DNA of 64,000 bases from Tubiluchus corallicola (taxonomy: Eukaryota; Animalia; Priapulida). The position numbers were made by a program, and so were the translations under genes. The notes under the pieces are model-generated. The model made no database searches. It was not told the origin of the DNA and saw only the letters and a list, made by a program, of their open reading frames with translations. The stretch covers positions 124,001 to 188,000 of the forward strand of contig JAQGDQ010000272.1 of assembly GCA_030141605.1 (NCBI GenBank). The letters run 5' to 3'. Each line of letters opens with the position of its first letter. The first letter of the stretch is position 1. Shown here piece by piece: positions 59,401-64,000 of this stretch.

Positions 59401-62019
59401 TTAGTGTCTCTGTGTTTCTCTAGGCTAATGCTTGAAACCATTGAGATACTTTCACGATAAATAATGCGATTGTTTTTTGCTGCAAAACTTAATAATTATT
59501 GACAAAAATGAAACTGAACTGAAAGTACAATTATCGGCAAACATCTTTTTATTTTATCCTTATCGTGTTAAGATTGTCTGTGTCTGAATTTGTATCTTGT
59601 ATTAGTTTAGCAAAGACATAAGATTGATGATGATGATTGTCTTATTTTGTACAAAGTGAAAATACTGTTTTCATTTCAATTTGATTTATTTTTTTGCAGA
59701 TATTGTATTTAACTGAACCAGATAATTGGACGGCTGCAGCCATGTATCAAGCAACTCGGATCTTCACTTCAAATCTGAATGCTAAGATGGCACAGCGGTA
59801 CGATTAGTTGCTACAGAAGTGACTACTTGTCAAGTTTCATAAAAACTTCTTGTGTGTTGCAAAAATTTTAAAAAAATCATGAAATCTATAATTAGTGCAG
59901 TGATAGCATTAATAACAGCTAGTAAACTAATTGACTAAATGAAAAGCTAATAACAATTTTAATTATTTACATTCTTGTTGACGAAAGGAAGTGGTAGAGA
60001 AACTGAAAATAACCATTTAATTAGCTCTCTTTTGTGTGCTGATCATTGATTTATTGATACGTTTTGAGTGATTCCTTGAACAAGTAGATATCCCGAAATT
60101 CTTTATCTGGAGAATTGCTTTAAAATCATATACATAAGATGACACCATCTTGACACAACTAACACCAACATTATACATAAATTTATGTTTACCCTATGTT
60201 ATATCACAAGACATAATTATTTTTTGATAATGTACTATTCATTCGTGCATTATTGACGTGAAATTGTGTTCCATTTGATTTTCCAGGTTCTTTAACTTGG
60301 TTCTTTTACCACGTATCAGAGACGACATTTGCGAATACAAGAAACTGAATCCTCATTTATATATGGTTAGTTTATTTGTCACTAAAAAACAAAATACCAT
60401 ATTTTTTATGCTGCAGATTCTCTCGTGCAGTTCAAAGAATTCATATTAACATGATAGGCTCGTATTTTGCATGGTAAAAAAAATTACAGACAGATTTTAT
60501 GATTGTAAACTTAATGTACACTCGTGTCTCGGTTTCCCGGACAAAAGATGTCGGTCCGAATCTACCAATGCTAAGCTAGTACACCGTGTATAGGACTCAC
60601 GATATTGTAGAATCGATCGCCTAGTTGTCTCAACAACGTCTAGTACGGACTGCTTCTGTCCAAAAGTATATAAAAACTGTCAGCAATTGACTCAAATAAC
60701 TCCTCATAATTGACTCGCATTTTTACTATAGAAATATGCATGTGGTTACACTGATGTAATGATGTAAACAAAGTGGCGACCCGCCGACTAGCGGTCGGCT
60801 CGCGAAACAACGGACTGTGCCTGTAGCATGCGGGACTTTTTAACGGTCCAGATTTTGTCAGATTCTTTCGATATCCGTAAAAGCAACAATTCATATACAA
60901 CCAGTTTATATAGGCAGAGCCTATTGTGCACTAATTAAGTAGTTAACAGAAGCCTACCTCTTCATTACCTACTTGGCTTCTGTTTGTAAATTTGCCACTG
61001 ATGATGACAGCAGCAGCTAGTCAAAACTTTTGGCATAATTTTAACTTTCAACTTTTTTAATGTAAAAGTTTTAATAAAGTTGTGTTGTTTTTAACTATAA
61101 TAATTTATTTTATTCCAATTTTTTACTAAAACCTAAAATCATAAATCATTCCACAAGAAAAGATGTTAACAGTTGATTTTTTATTTTCAGGCTCTGAAAA
61201 AGTCGTTATTTAAGCCAGCAGCTTTTTTCAAAGGGATTCTGCTTCCTCTCTGTGAGGTGGGTACAGTTTTAAAACCAGTCTACTTTTCTCATTTGAAAAG
61301 CGGCTAAATTGGCCTGTTGATAGCATTCGCAAGCGATGCTCATTTGTTTCGTGATTGTAAAAAAAAATTCTCTGTCTGATAAATTGTTTGTTCTTTATTG
61401 TCAGTTAGACTGGCGATGTTCTTTTATTGGCAATAAAGACAGGCAGTCCGATTTTGTCTACAACTTGCCTTACAAAACTTTGTACAGTTTTTAGCACAAA
61501 TGATTTAAAAAACTAAAAACTATAGCTATTTACAGTAACTGTTTGTTGTAGTTTTGTAATTTATTGTATAGATTAGTATGCTGCATTTAGAGGAATTACA
61601 ATCAAACCTTGTTGTAACATCTATAACCGCCAACCACTCTTAACATCCATATTTTTGGCAAAACAAAATGTCCATAGTTGCATAGACATGTATATATATA
61701 TACATATATAAATGTACCTCGTTATCTTGCTTAATGCCACCTTTTTGCAGTCCCGAAGTAGGCGGTATAAAGAGATTTGATTGTTTATTATTTTCATTGT
61801 TTAATTTTAGTCTGGTACGTGTACATTACGGGAAGCCATTATTATTGCTAGCGTGTTGGCAAAGTGTTCAGTGCCAGTCTTACACGCCAGTGCTGCCATT
61901 TTGAAAGTTGCTGAGATGGACTACACGGGCGCAAACAGCATATTTCTCAGAACGTTATTTGACAAGAAATATGCGCTACCATACAGAGTGATAGATGCTG
62001 TTGTGTTTCACTATCTTAG
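56496..62019 (+). CDS. BYSL: Bystin (40S ribosome biogenesis factor, Enp1 ortholog), 3'-partial, 9 exons in window
   Basis: Exons 56496-56636, 56956-57041, 57172-57301, 58295-58427, 59167-59309, 59700-59797, 60287-60365, 61191-61256, 61811-62019. Motifs [61 protein letters not shown]. Confidence 0.96.
57413..57879. mobile_element. Tigger/pogo-like MITE in BYSL intron 3
   Basis: TA|CAGTAAGTCCTT...AAGGACTTACTG|TA. Confidence 0.85.
60960..61090 (+). mobile_element. Penelope-like pseudo-LTR remnant with hammerhead-like core
   Basis: tgtttgtaaatttgccaCTGATGAtgacagcag..gtcAAAAc..aaaagttttaataaag matches the reverse complement of 3135-3240. Confidence 0.6.
61599..61783. mobile_element. Short Tigger-like MITE
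   Basis: TA|caatcaaacct...agatttgattg|TT. Confidence 0.55.
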
Positions 62020-62308
62020 GTAAGTTTTGATCAGGTGCTGCATGCCTAATGTGCTTGCAAAGATTCTGAATAGTGCCAAGATTAGCAAAATGGCAAAAAT
62101 ACTTCATGACTTTGACTTTTAAACTAGCAACGACTTTCCGCTTCTTTATGACATGCTATTCTTAAGCACTTTGTATTACGGAATTCTTTGTGAATTTCAC
62201 TGAACACAAATAAAATAATTTTGCATAGCTTAATAAGTGTGAGTGGTTTTAGTGCTGACTGGTTGTTGCTTTTGAGATAAACATGGTTTCTTTGCCAACC
62301 TCTCTAAA

Positions 62309-62912
62309 AGCAAAACCGGACCCAATCTTAAGCTGTAGGTCAAAACAATCTACTCTAAAATAATGAAGTAATCATTATTTTTTCAAAAATGACTTACATA
62401 AAAGAATTATTACCACACAAACACAGTTTCACGTTCGTACCTCTAGTTCTTTGTTGTTACATGCATTTCCCCATTTGCCAGTTAGACGGGCATTAGCGCC
62501 TGCATTTCGGAAAGTATTGTACAAAAAGCAGGTGCTGTACCTCTCAGTTCAGATGTGTCAGTTTGTGACGAACTGCACACGTTTTACAGCTCATGCATGA
62601 GCACAGCTGTAAATTTTAATTTAAATTTTTATCTTTAAACTTGCCTAGTTTTAATACAACACACTGAATATCTTACAGCAGCAATGTACTTTAATTTTCG
62701 CTTTTGTAAACATGTGCAACACACCGTTGGAATAATTTTGCTGTTGAAAATTATGTTAGTTTGTGATGTCACCAATAGTTGGGCTCACCCGCCATTAATT
62801 AAGTTTTTAATCTATTATTTAATTATCAGAAACGCTTTTGTAGTATTACTGATGCGAAAATGTGCACTTTTTACCATACTTGAAAATATGGTAGTATATG
62901 AAAAATCATCCT
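62309..62912 (-). mobile_element. Kolobok/T2-like MITE family A, inverted
   Basis: agcaaaaccggacccaatctt ... aaaaatcatcct|TTAA; homologous to 43680-44283. Confidence 0.8.
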
Positions 62913-63329
62913 TTAAATAAGCGTAAAAAATCCTCTTGTATCAGTTACAAGCTGCAGAACATGTGTTAACAGTTCCACTTGACAATAAATCCTCACTCAG
63001 CGGCTCCCTGTTTGACGAAATTGTCTCAAGGCCTGCCCCAGGGCTTGGCTTTGACTATGCTGTGTTGAACCGTTAAGTGCTTAGCTAGTGCTTCAACATT
63101 AATAAAAGAAACTGCTAGCTAGGTATTGGTAAAACAAGTATGTGGCTTCAAGCAAGTGGAAAGAAACTAATCTGTAGAAATATGATTAAAAATCACAAAA
63201 TGTTTAATCTGTATGTATTAACTGGCACTAATTTTGCCTCTTGGAACATTTCTTTTACATTAGTTTTTATGGTTTCATTAAACAATGTTCCCTTACCATT
63301 GCGTTCTGCTGGAACACATTAGCATCATT

Positions 63330-63645
63330 AAGGAAGGACTTGCCACATAAAATTTCAAAATTGAAAGTCGCACGATTAGTGTATTTTAGTGGTGAATTAT
63401 TTTAAGCAAGTTTATATAATATTGCGTGAAGTTTGAGAAAATAATCAGAGCATTTGTAGCTCACACTTCACTAATTAAATAAAAGTATAAAATTAGTTGT
63501 CTTGTCAATAAGACCAATAAGATGTTTTTGTAAACTGACGTTTGCGCGAACATTTTGAATTATCAAGAATTTTCTTTTTCAATTACATAAGTCTTTCAAA
63601 CACTTTTTTGAGACATACTTTTAAAATTCTTTTTCTTCTAATTAA
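63330..63645 (-). mobile_element. MITE family E, degenerate inverted copy
   Basis: Shares cacacttcactaa..aaagtataaa..ttttgagacatactttaaaattc with 37140-37385. Confidence 0.55.
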
Positions 63646-63937
63646 TCCTTTAGACTGAGGACACAACTGACATTTAACTACATTCGTGCAGTACACCAGC
63701 CAGCCTTCAACTAAATAAACAGAATTGATCGAACAGCATGTAGAAGTGTCCAAAAGCAATTTTCTTGGAAGTCACTTTTCCATTTACTAACCGAGCTTGA
63801 TGCTGCTTAACTTCAATCGCTAAGCATGCACCATTAAGTACACTGCTCAATGCGTGATTGCCATTTCATATTCTGTTGCAAACAAAGTGTTGTGTCCAAA
63901 TGTTTTGCATAATGTTTGAAGCTAAGGATCATTACAA

Positions 63938-64000
63938 CTTCCTTTCCACAGTTTCGCTACACACACGCGCACTGTTGCGCCGTTGCTGTAGGTCAAAGGT
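63938..64000 (+). mobile_element. Start of a third family F MITE (cut by window end)
   Basis: cctttccacagttt..gttgctgtaggtcaaagg matches 38753-38802. Confidence 0.7.

Overview
AT-rich eukaryotic (invertebrate metazoan-like) genomic DNA with GT-AG introns. Three spliced genes were reconstructed by hand: the 3' 13 exons of STT3B (+, 921-15073), a complete 6-exon CALHM/FAM26 channel (+, 32232-40446) and the first 9 coding exons of bystin/BYSL (+, from 56496, running off the window). Three genes have intronless ORFs: a divergent GXYLT-like GT8 glycosyltransferase (-), a small Cys-rich secreted protein with a hydrophobic C-tail (+) and a convergent S1A serine protease with an atypical S1 pocket (-). 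A very young full-length BEL/Pao LTR retrotransposon (19968-27108; identical 223-bp LTRs, AAAAC TSD) has its integrase broken by a 47-bp tandem duplication. Introns and intergenic DNA contain many non-autonomous DNA transposons (Kolobok-like TTAA MITEs, hAT, PIF/Harbinger, Tigger-like), LINE 3' fragments (CR1, L2/Crack, RTE types), Penelope-like remnants with hammerhead-ribozyme relics, a small TIR family carrying TTAGGG arrays and graded microsatellites. The most intriguing items are the convergent protease/Cys-rich pair, the compact-loop CALHM, the dead-on-arrival BEL element and the telomere-repeat MITE. All calls come from manual reading; no searches were run.
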